From Nemertoderma westbladi (lineage: Eukaryota; Animalia; Xenacoelomorpha): 46,432 nucleotides of DNA. Numbering within the stretch: the first letter of the stretch is position 1; each line of letters opens with the position of its first letter. Below, in pieces: positions 32,122 through 42,231 of the stretch. The translations under genes and the position numbers were made by a program. Location: contig JAUCBJ010007814.1 in the NCBI GenBank assembly GCA_032718475.1, forward strand, positions 1-46,432. The letters run 5' to 3'. The notes under the pieces are model-generated. The model did not search any database and was not told the origin of the DNA. It worked only from the letters and a program-made list of their open reading frames with translations.

Positions 32122-34992
32122 ATGGAAGTCACCTCATTCAATTGTAATGGATTGTTTGATAGTAGGAATCGGGGCTACCTTAAACCAACTGTAGTTGATC
32201 TATTTGATCGTTATGATATTGTGTGTCTACAGGAGACTTGGTTTAGCAAACAGGACTTATCTCGATTAAATACTTTGCATCCTGGGCTGCACGGGACTGG
32301 GGTTGCAGTTACAGATTACGGTAGTGGTGTTCATCATGGGAGGAACAAAGGCGGAGTAGCGATTTTTTGGAAATCACAGTACGATAATTACATACAACCT
32401 TTATCATTCGATTACGATTGGCTATGTGCAATAGAAATCAATATTGATAATCATAAATTTGTTTTCATAAATGTGTATCTGCCATTTGAACACCGCGATA
32501 ATGAGGCGGATTTTTTGTTTAAGTTGGGTACAATACATAATCTTATTGATGAATTGGGAACTAGCACGACTTTTATTATAGGAGATTTTAACTCTGATAT
32601 ATCTGATGATAAATCATTGTTTGGTAAACACCTTATTGAGTTTTGTAGTGACACGGACTTAATTTTGTCGAGTAAGCAGTTTATTAACTCAGGATTTACA
32701 TATGTTGATAGTTACTGGGGCTCAGTATCGTGGCTTGACCACTGCCTGTGCACAGCTGATGCTCACAGTGCTATTACACGCCTAAACATTTTGTATGATG
32801 ATTCACGTGGTGTGGATCATATTCCGTTTGACCTTGGTTTAAATGTATCTGCGGTGCCTTCTGTAAATTTTTTTAACAGTGATGACTCTGTATGCAGCAC
32901 CGGATGTAAATTTAATTGGAGTAGAGCTAATAAAAAAGATATAGATAATTTTTGTGAGCAAACGGCGCTTAAATTAGATAAGCTCTCCTCGTGTACTGGC
33001 GATTATATTCTATGTAAAGACATTAACTGTACAGATAGTGATCATATATCTAATTTAGAAAATTTTTATGAATCGGTTATTTCTGCCTTACATGAATCCG
33101 AACACACTAATGGTTCTAGAACAAATAGTAAAAATATCATTCCTGGGTGGAATGATCTGATTAGGCAACATTATGATGCATCTCGCGATACATTCTCTCT
33201 GTGGCGTGAGGCGGGACGACCCCGATCTGGCCCAATTTTCGATCTGAAAAGGCGAGCGGACTTGCGTTTTAAATACGCTGTCCGTGCAGCCAAAAATAAC
33301 GAAAACAAAATTCGTTGCGAAATGTTAGCTAAAAAACTGTCTGGTAAAAATACTCGTGACTTTTGGAAAGAAATTAAAAAAATTAACAATTGTAATACTC
33401 CATTACCAACTTCGATTGATGGTACTACAGGTACTGCAGAGATTGCTGAGATGTGGCGTAAACATTATTATGATCTTTTTAATTGTTTAAAGCGCACAAC
33501 CAATAATTTACACTGTTCCGATAATATTAATTACGAAGATATGTGTGTTAGTGCTGAGGAGGTTCGTAGTAATATTGAGTCTTTATCAAATAATAAATCT
33601 TGTGGTTTAGACGGCATATTTGCAGAACATTTAAAGTACAGTAGCAGTATACTATATGAAATTTTAGCAACTTTATTTACGAGTTTCTTTGTTCATGGTT
33701 ATCTTCCTAATAACTTAATATCTGTTATATTGGTGCCGATAATTAAAGATAAAACAGCTAAAATTAACAGTAAAGATAATTACAGACCGATAGCGTTAGC
33801 AAGCATCATTTCAAAGGTAATGGAAAAAATAATACTGCATAGGATAGAACCTAATCTAAAAACAACGCATAATCAATTTGGTTTTAAAAGTAAATTAGGT
33901 ACCGATATGTGCATATTTTCCCTGAAAGAAATGATATACAAATACAGACAGTTACAATCTACTATGTTTGTCACTTTCTTGGACGCCTCTAAGGCATTTG
34001 ATAGAATAAACCATGATGTGCTTTTTGGTACTCTAATTAAACGGGGGGTTCCCCAATATATAGTGCGATTAATAATTTTCTGGTATGTTCATCAAACATT
34101 CTGTGTTAGGTGGGGCCCAAATGTTTCAGCTTCTTTCACCGTTTCTAACGGAGTAAGACAGGGTGGAATACTGAGCCCTTTCCTATTTAACATTTATATG
34201 AATATATTATCTACTAAATTAAATAGCTGCAATATAGGGTGTCTTATGTATCATACATTATGCAATAATATTTTGTATGCTGATGATTTAGTTTTATTGT
34301 CTCCGTCTGTAAAAGGTATGCAAAAACTGCTGAAATTGTGCTCTGAGTTTGGAGACGAATATGATGTAATTTTCAACGCAACAAAAAGTGCTACTTTATA
34401 TATTCGATCAAAATCTCAAATATCGTGGAATTTTCCTTCATTTAAAATAGGCAATATTACTCTTCCAATCAAAAAAGAATATAAATATTTAGGACATTAT
34501 ATTACCAATACACTATCTGATGATAGAGATATTTTACGACAACGTAGGAAACTATATATGCAGGCAAATAGTTTGAAACGCAGATTTTTTATGTGTTCAA
34601 ATGATATTAAGCAACGTTTATTTCAATCCTATTGTACGCCGATGTATACAGCTCACTTATGGTGCAATTATACTAAAACTGTATATAATAAATTTACAAC
34701 ATCATATAATAATACATTTCGAATTCTTATGGGATATCCCAAAAATTGTAGTGCCTCAGAAATGTTTTTATTTAATCGTTTGCCTAGTTGTGCTGCTGTG
34801 ATTCGTAATCTCATTTATAATTTCATTGTTAGGATCGATAAATCATTTAATACTATTATCTCCAGCTGTTCTACATCTGATTGTATATATTTTTCCCCAT
34901 TGCGACGGTTTTGGATGACTGAATTACATATTAATTTTAAATTGCCGAAGCTGTTATATATTAATTCCGTAAATATTAATTCTGGTAAATAA
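32122..34992 (+). CDS. LINE ORF2: APE endonuclease + reverse transcriptase (956 aa)
   Basis: APE: SFNCNG, CLQETW, GGVAI, NVYLP, GDFN, LDH, DHIP. RT: NYRPI, QFGF, FLDASKAFD, GVRQGGILSP, YADD, YLGH. Confidence 0.96.
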   Translation: MEVTSFNCNGLFDSRNRGYLKPTVVDLFDRYDIVCLQETWFSKQDLSRLNTLHPGLHGTGVAVTDYGSGVHHGRNKGGVAIFWKSQYDNYIQPLSFDYDWLCAIEINIDNHKFVFINVYLPFEHRDNEADFLFKLGTIHNLIDELGTSTTFIIGDFNSDISDDKSLFGKHLIEFCSDTDLILSSKQFINSGFTYVDSYWGSVSWLDHCLCTADAHSAITRLNILYDDSRGVDHIPFDLGLNVSAVPSVNFFNSDDSVCSTGCKFNWSRANKKDIDNFCEQTALKLDKLSSCTGDYILCKDINCTDSDHISNLENFYESVISALHESEHTNGSRTNSKNIIPGWNDLIRQHYDASRDTFSLWREAGRPRSGPIFDLKRRADLRFKYAVRAAKNNENKIRCEMLAKKLSGKNTRDFWKEIKKINNCNTPLPTSIDGTTGTAEIAEMWRKHYYDLFNCLKRTTNNLHCSDNINYEDMCVSAEEVRSNIESLSNNKSCGLDGIFAEHLKYSSSILYEILATLFTSFFVHGYLPNNLISVILVPIIKDKTAKINSKDNYRPIALASIISKVMEKIILHRIEPNLKTTHNQFGFKSKLGTDMCIFSLKEMIYKYRQLQSTMFVTFLDASKAFDRINHDVLFGTLIKRGVPQYIVRLIIFWYVHQTFCVRWGPNVSASFTVSNGVRQGGILSPFLFNIYMNILSTKLNSCNIGCLMYHTLCNNILYADDLVLLSPSVKGMQKLLKLCSEFGDEYDVIFNATKSATLYIRSKSQISWNFPSFKIGNITLPIKKEYKYLGHYITNTLSDDRDILRQRRKLYMQANSLKRRFFMCSNDIKQRLFQSYCTPMYTAHLWCNYTKTVYNKFTTSYNNTFRILMGYPKNCSASEMFLFNRLPSCAAVIRNLIYNFIVRIDKSFNTIISSCSTSDCIYFSPLRRFWMTELHINFKLPKLLYINSVNINSGK

Positions 34993-35381
34993 CGCTTATA
35001 TTTATTGGTTGTTTGGTGATGGTGGTGTAGTAATGTTATGGTGCAAAGTGGACTTCGTGTTCAGAATATACACAATATATATAATTAAGTTTAAATACAA
35101 AAACATTAAGTTTATTACAAACATAAATCGATCTATCTATATTAATTAAACACGTAAATAAATTATTGGAATAAATTAAAACAATTGAATTAAGAAACTT
35201 ATTAAGTTGAAGTAGTAAAATTAAATTAATACCCTTTACGGAATGGCTATCACTAAGATATAATATACAACACTGCTTAGCGACAACCATCGCAATGCGA
35301 GTCACATTATTTACAAAATGCACAATAACAACCGGCCAAATACGACGGCAGCAAATATAAATGTAGCTCGTGATACTGAAA

Positions 35382-36083
35382 CTACTCCATGCAGTCAAAT
35401 AAAACGACTTTATTTCCTTCCACGTCTGTAAACCAATCGTAGGGTTGCCCGATGATACCGGCTGATGGTTTCCTTACGTACAAACAGCAGTTGGGAGTCC
35501 GGGAGATGGGAAGTCCCGGATAGTGTATCAGACCGAACTCGGAACGGGTCGACAACTCGAACACAGCCGTGTGGAGTCCGTCTTCCTGTTTACAGTAAGG
35601 CCGGCGGCCCAACAACTCCGAATAGAAACTCGTCATCGACTGGAAGTTGGACGACTCCTTAACGAAAACAACTAGACGAATTCCGGACATCGGCGCTCCG
35701 GACTTTACGATCACAGAGGGAAGACAAGCCAAATCGGAGGAGCTTACATCGAGAACGAACAACTGCTTATCGAAATCGTTTGGTTCTGTTAGAGGGATGT
35801 GTTTCCATGGAGATTGTTTTAGAACGGCGAGCGCGGTGTTCGCTCGGGGTTGAGCTGTTCCCGAGTAGAGGAACATGAGACAGTGAGCCGGCACCCCGAG
35901 GGGTTCAATGACCTCGGTACAGGGACTAACGGGTTCGCGAATGTTCGCCAAGGTGAACGCGCCGTACAGCGGGGATATAACGGGGGCCAACACGTTGTGG
36001 ACTGCACGGCCCTGGCCGGGTTCAGTGGTTAACTCGAGGACGCACTGCGGGGGGTTTACTAGAAGAGCAGCTGAAAGTAACAT
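35382..36083 (-). CDS. FAM124: FAM124-like protein, probably a terminal coding exon; 5' end uncertain
   Basis: Ordered resemblance to the FAM124 family: EPG..., PWKH, Q.F, R...V...NF..M..FY..LL, W.TD..GNKV.L. Splice-acceptor-like TTTCAG at 36071 and 36156; AATAAA on the minus strand at 35116-35111. Confidence 0.65.
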   Translation of the reverse strand: MLLSAALLVNPPQCVLELTTEPGQGRAVHNVLAPVISPLYGAFTLANIREPVSPCTEVIEPLGVPAHCLMFLYSGTAQPRANTALAVLKQSPWKHIPLTEPNDFDKQLFVLDVSSSDLACLPSVIVKSGAPMSGIRLVVFVKESSNFQSMTSFYSELLGRRPYCKQEDGLHTAVFELSTRSEFGLIHYPGLPISRTPNCCLYVRKPSAGIIGQPYDWFTDVEGNKVVLFDCME

Positions 36084-36473
36084 AAATAATAATGGAACTA
36101 ACTCGAGTAAAATTGTTGTGCAATATGTCTGTCTACTCTCGAGTCGAGCGTAGGGCTGAAATAGACGAGGTTAGTATAAAAACTGTATGAAAAAAATTAA
36201 CGAAAGGCTTTGAATGTAGGAAAATATACTTAGTTAACTTATAATCGTTCTAGTGATAGCAAAATGTTTCTGTAAATGCGAAAATTGCACAAAATATATC
36301 TTATCAACAATTTAAACTTTGTAAACAAAACACGGATTAAAACTCGGGAAAATTTAAAAAATTATAGGCATTAATAAATTATTGACAAAGTGTTTACAAT
36401 ATGAAATGTTGGGTGGGTTATTTTTTTAATTAATTGTCGGAACCTCGCTCCTATTGAGGACTACATAGTATAC

Positions 36474-37088
36474 TACTACTAGGATCGGCATGCTGCATTG
36501 CAGCTGCATTTTTAAGAATGCTGTGCCGGCTTGTCAACAAAATTGCACCGCCACAACTCCCTATCACCCATGACATTTGCTAGATCATCCGCATCTTTAA
36601 GGCCAGTGTCCTTTAAGATGCGTCTCAAGAAAGTCATGGGCTGTCCACCATGCTTATTCACTCCATGAGGCTGCCAAAGTACAAGATTATGCACTGGCTG
36701 GTCCTCACGGCGAAAGCAATGTCCTGCAAAGCGGAGGCGATTTTGTTCTAGTGTCAAGCTTGGGGGAACCAATGAGACACCTCCAATGTTATATAGTGTC
36801 TGGTTTGAGATGTGTGCATTGTACTTGACACAATGAACCCGGCGTAGCATTCTTGTGAATGTGCCATTCAGAGATTTGGTGTCCTCAGCAGTTAGAGCCC
36901 AGCATGGACTCCCGTAGAGGAGTACTGGAACTACTGCTGCTCTAAATAATCGGACCTTAAGTTTCCGATTAATTCTAGGTGACTTCCAAATCCTGGAAAG
37001 CCTATTCAAGGCTGCCCATGCCTTTCCCTTACGTATTCGAAGGTCCTCACCTGACTTCCGGATCCATGATCCCAGGTAACAGAAGTCG
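36474..37088 (-). mobile_element. 5'-truncated RTE LINE copy with intact 3' end
   Basis: Near-identical to 589-948; RTE C-terminus RLRFAGHC.R...LWQP; (TAG)n tail; probable TSD TAGTATAC (36466-73 and 37089-96). Confidence 0.92.
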
Positions 37089-37959
37089 TAGTATACGTAG
37101 AATACATAGTATAACTATAGACGGGCCTAGCGGCCGCCCGTGAAGCAAGTCGTAGGAGACACTAGACAGTACGAATCAAGTAAAAGCTTTTTGTTCAGTC
37201 TGATAATCAATTAGTGTGAGGGTAGTCCCGGTGGTGTACGAGAAATTTTCTAGACAACTTCAAACTATAATTATTATGTTGTAATTATTATCTAATGAAT
37301 TATAAAAGCGGTTGTGATTGTAGAAGATAGAGAGCAGTTAGCAAAATTATTATTTTATTCTATCGGATAGAGTAGTCGGAGTCTCAGAGAGGAGTCGAGG
37401 TGTCAATTGATTAATAACAATAACAGCAGTTGTCATAAATTCAATACAATCGCGTACAAGAAGTGATAAGACAAATTCGTTCTTATTTTTGTAATAAATA
37501 AAACAAGTTGAGATGTTTCAATGTAAACCGCGATTAACAATTTACACTGTTCAATGTAAACCACGATATTAATTAAATACAACAATTATATTATTATTAT
37601 AACAGATTTTTATATTTCAAAGTTCAAAATTCAAACTATAATGTTAGCCTTATGGAGAATCATTTTGAGGCTGAGTAAACATTCAGCCTTATAAGCATAC
37701 AGCCTCCACAGTATTAATGTTGGCACAAACATTTCAAAATAAAACAATAATGCGATGAGAGCATAGTACAATACACTGTGTAGTCAACACACTGTTTAAC
37801 TAACATTAATTTAGCTTGCACGCCAATTAATTAACATAACAAGGATGTATTGGGAAGAGTTATTCAGCTGAGTCTGTAATAGCCAGCTAAACCAGTTAAT
37901 GTTTGCTTACTGTCTCACTGTCTGGGTTGTAGTGTAGAGTGAGAGAAAGTACTTCTTTG

Positions 37960-38042
37960 TTAGTTGACCTTCCTATTGAATGCATTACCAGGCCATCTCA
38001 AAACATTGTTCATGAGTGCCAGCTGGTGTTTTATCATTGCGC
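37960..38042 (-). CDS. Candidate terminal exon of the unknown gene (RAMIKHQLALMNNVLRWPGNAFNRKVN*)
   Basis: An AG acceptor in phase 1 matches the donor at 39557, but the polypyrimidine tract is weak. Confidence 0.3.
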
Positions 38043-38285
38043 CTATGGTAATTATCGTGTTTGGGGCTATTTTTCAAAATAAAACAAGTTGAGATGTTTC
38101 AATTTAAACAGCGATTTCACAAGTACCCTTAGAAATCTATTTTCATGGTTCATGCAAAATTTCATCAAAATCGTTAGAGCCGTTTTTGCTCTAGGTCAGT
38201 AGCCAGTAGTCAGTAGTCAGTAGCTTTTTTTTCTTACAGTAATAATCAAGTCTAACGACACCCCCCCCCCCCCCCCCCCCCCCCC

Positions 38286-39557
38286 CGACCCACGCCTCAC
38301 GCCTCACGACCCACGACTCATGCCTCACGACTCATGACCCACAACCCACGCCTCACGACCCACGCCTCACGACCCACGCCTCACAACTCACGCCTCACAC
38401 CTCAGCACTCAAGCCTCACGACTCACGCCTCACGACTCACAAATCATGCCTCACGACTCACGACCCACGCCTCACGACTCACGACCCACGCCTCACGACT
38501 CACAACTCACGCATCACGATCGTGAGTCGTGAGGCATGAGCCTCACGACTCACGACCCACGCCTCACAACTCACGCCTCACGACCCACGACTCACGACCC
38601 ACGCATCACGACCCACGCCTCACAACTCACGCCTCACGACCCACGCCTCACGACCCACGCCTCACGACTTACGACTCACACCTCACGACCCACGACTCAT
38701 GCCTCACGACCCATGCCTCACGACCCACGCCTCACGCCTCACAACTTACGACTCACACCTCACGACCCACGACTCACGCCTCACGACCCACGCCTCACGA
38801 CCCACGCCTCACGACCCACGACCCCGTGACCCACGCCTCACGACCCACGCCTCACGACTCACGCCTCACGACTCATGCCTCACGACTGACGACCCACGCC
38901 TCACAACTCATGCATCACAACTCACGCCTCACGACTCATGACCCACGCCTCACAACTCACGCCTCACAACTCACGCCTCACGACTCATGCCTCACGACAC
39001 ATGACTCACACCTCACGACCCACGCCTCACGACCCACACCTCACAACTCACGACTCAGGATTCACGCCTCACGACCCACGCCTCACAACTCACGCCTCAC
39101 AACTCACGCTCACGACCCACGCCTCACAACTCACGACTCACAACTCACGCTCACGACCCACGCCTCACAACTCACGCCTCGCGACCCACGACCCACGCCT
39201 CACAACTCACAACTCACGCCTCACGCTCACGACCCACGCCTCACAACTCACGCCTCGCGACCCACGCCTCACAACTCACGCTCACCACCCACGCCTCACA
39301 ACTCACGCCTCGCGACACACGACCCATGCCTCACAACTCATGCCTCACAACTCACGCCTCACGACCCACGCCTCACAACTCACGACTCAGGACTCACGCC
39401 GCACGACCCACGCCTCACAACTCCCGCTCACGACCCACGCCTCACAACTCACGCCTCACGACCCACGCCTCACAACTCACGACACACGACCCATGCCTCA
39501 CGCCTCACAACTCGTGCCTCACGACTCACGCTTCACAACTCACGCCACACGACTCAC
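38286..39557. repeat. Degenerate heptamer simple repeat (CACGACC/CACGCCT/CACGACT/CACAACT)n, about 1.27 kb, intronic
   Basis: Period-7 units; stop-free spurious ORFs; a short inverted patch at 38521-38540. Confidence 0.95.
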
Positions 39558-40461
39558 GTTGAATACGATAAACAGAGAATCCACAACAATCAGTGAAATT
39601 CTTGTTGAGAAACTGACGACCAAATAATTTGTAGGTATCCATATCGTCAAAGTAAAGAAGTAAATTCAGCATATTCCACCTAACAACAATGAAATAAAGT
39701 TAATTTATATTACGTATTGAGAAACAGAAGAATGTCCCTTCGATGTAATATTAATTTCGTGCTGTAAACTGAATCAATAATTAATTATTTCCATAATTAC
39801 GAACCTCATTCTATGAGCCTTCTCCCGTCGGATACCCACTAATAGTTTATCGCAAACATCAACCATAAGGTCTTGGGATGAGGACAAGGATACATCCTGC
39901 AACGGTTTCAGGTCAACTAGAGCTTGAATTCCACTGCCTCCGACAAAATCAGATATACGAAATCCCCAATCTTTATAAATCTATAGGGAGTAATATAAAC
40001 TAATAAACCGATTTCTAGTGTTATATTTTGAACGCTGATTATAACATTAGACTCCTCTACCACTACCAGTACGTTGTTCAAAGAGAAGATACCAAATCAG
40101 ATTGGATCAGTACTACTACGGTACTGGCCACTGGACATCCGTTATATCTGTATATAGTTAGGCCTACTTACACTTCACTAACCAATTTCCAGTACAATGA
40201 TTGGATCTCCTCGAATCCGATTTCCCCGTCTACATCTTCCACAGCAATAAAACCGTTCGGTAAATCTCGATCGTATGAAACTCTTACGACCGGGAGAGAT
40301 GAGACTGGCTTCACCGCGTCAACCTTTGGCGGTTTATGGGCGAGTTTTAAAACACCATCGGGTTCATCATATTCGACGAATAGTGGAGACGGCCCGGGCG
40401 ATATCTCTTCGTCGGGGTGAATCTGTCCGTCGCAACTACCAATGTGTAAAATACTCGCCAT
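39558..40461 (-). CDS. Three coding exons of an unrecognised host gene (40461-40183, 39980-39805, 39679-39558)
   Basis: ATG in gaaATGG context; GT-AG introns with matching phases (0, 2, then a phase-1 donor GTGAGT) give a continuous reading of about 192 aa: ...SLYWKL|IYKDWGF...AHRM|RWNMLNLLLYFDD...YRIQ. Confidence 0.72.
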
Positions 40462-41016
40462 TTCAGGCTTTTAATACTGTAACGTACAGAAGGACTAGTC
40501 TTACAGTCAGAGAGTGTACCGTATATAACAAACAACGAACAGTACTGCAGTAGACTGGTAAGCCTATATATATAGTTATTATTATTTTATTTACTCCCAG
40601 TATTTCACAATTATTATATTATGTTATGTATTATTCTATTTATTGCATGTCTTTGTGCGGTAAATGTTGATGAATAAGAATAAGAATAAGCCTAAAATTC
40701 GAAAAAAATGAATACAATGCAAGAGGTTAAGCATAATATAGTACCGGTACTGGCAGCAACACCAGTAATAAATAGATAACAATAAATAAAAACGGCTTAA
40801 CTATTTTATAAATAAATTATTGTCGATTAATAGATTAATTTTATTAAACTTGATGGCAGGTGGGGCTGAGGCGCGCCAGCAACACAAAAAATATAGCTTT
40901 AAAGGTTTATTAGCTTGATTTGTAAGTTAAAATTCATGTTGGGGAATGTGGCGAGTAAAAATATTAAACGATAAAACAAAGGAAGGACTGTCAGCCACAG
41001 GTATGAAAAAATAGGT

Positions 41017-41072
41017 AATTAGGCCTAGCAGACGTTTCGGAAGCCAATGGCTATCTTTATCAATGCTTAATT
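41017..41072 (-). ncRNA. Minimal type I hammerhead ribozyme (variant core UUGAUAA...GAAA, GUC site), 3' pLTR copy
   Basis: Minus strand reads AATTA AGCA-TTGATAA-A-GATAGCC ATT GGCTTCC-GAAAC GTC-TGCT AGGCC TAATT: stem I AGCA/TGCT, stem II AGCC/GGCT, palindromic ACGT stem III. Confidence 0.8.
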
Positions 41073-41084
41073 TATGTATGCTAC

Positions 41085-42225
41085 AGCGCACATACAACAA
41101 CTACAACTCACATATACAGAATAATAATAAAGTATATACCATAAACAGTAGGCCTACACATATACAAAGCACATACAGTATAATATAAATGAATACACAG
41201 TACACGACAACTGCAACGCATATATACAGTATAATAATAAAGTATAAACACTAAACATTACACATATACAAAGCACATACAGTATAATATAAACGCATAC
41301 ACCGTACACAACAACTACAACGCACATATACAGTAAAATAATAAAGAATAAACACTAAACAGTACACATATACAACGCACATATACAGTAAAATAATAAA
41401 GAATAAACACTAAACAGTACACATATACAACGCACATATACAGTAAAATAATAAAGAATAAACACTAAACAGTACACAGTACACATATACAACGCCCATA
41501 TACAGTAAAATAATAAAGAATAAACACTAAACAGTACACAGTACACATATACAACGCCCATATACAGTAAAATAATAAAGAATAAACACTAAACAGTACA
41601 CAGTACACATATACAACGCCCATATACAGTAAAATAATAAAGAATAAACACTAAACAGTACACATATACAACGCCCATATACAGTAAAATAATAAAGAAT
41701 AAACACTAAACAGTACACATATACAACGCCCATATACAGTAAAAATAATAAAGAATAAACACTAAACAGTACACATATACAACGCACATATACAGTAAAA
41801 TAATAAAGAATAAACACTAAACAGTACACATATACGTATACGACGCACATACAGTATAATATAAACAGTACACAACACAGTATAATATAAATGAATACAC
41901 AGTACACGACAACTGCAACGCATAAATACAGTATAATAATAAGGTATAAACACTAAACAGTACACATATACAACGCACATATACAGTAAAATAATAAAGA
42001 ATAAACACTAAACAGTACACATATACAACGCCCATATACAGTAAAATAATAAAGAATAAACACTAAACAGTACACATATACGTATACGACGCACATACAG
42101 TATAATATAAACAGTACACAACACCTACAACGCACATATACAGTAAAGTAATAAAGAATAAACACTAAACAGTACACATATACAGCGTGTATGACATACA
42201 GTATAATATAGATGAATAAACAGAG
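41085..42225. repeat. AT-rich 55/62-bp minisatellite in the Penelope pLTR (copy 1)
   Basis: Unit CAGTAAAATAATAAAGAATAAACACTAAACAGTACACATATACAACGCACATATA; the variant carries an extra CAGTACA. Confidence 0.93.
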
Positions 42226-42231
42226 GCACAA

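Larger units (their letters stand above)
30936..35080 (+). mobile_element. Apparently intact two-ORF non-LTR retrotransposon (RTE-X-like); exact ends uncertain
   Basis: ORF1 and ORF2 (APE-RT) are uninterrupted and separated by 55 bp; short 3' UTR ending near TGGAC...GAATATAC. No TSD identified. Confidence 0.88.

Noticed and set aside
38334-39627. His/Thr/Pro-rich proteins up to 355 aa
   Set aside because: These are translations of a stop-free heptamer repeat.
40028-40420. 130-aa plus-strand ORF
   Set aside because: It is antisense to the better-supported minus-strand exon with matching splice phases.
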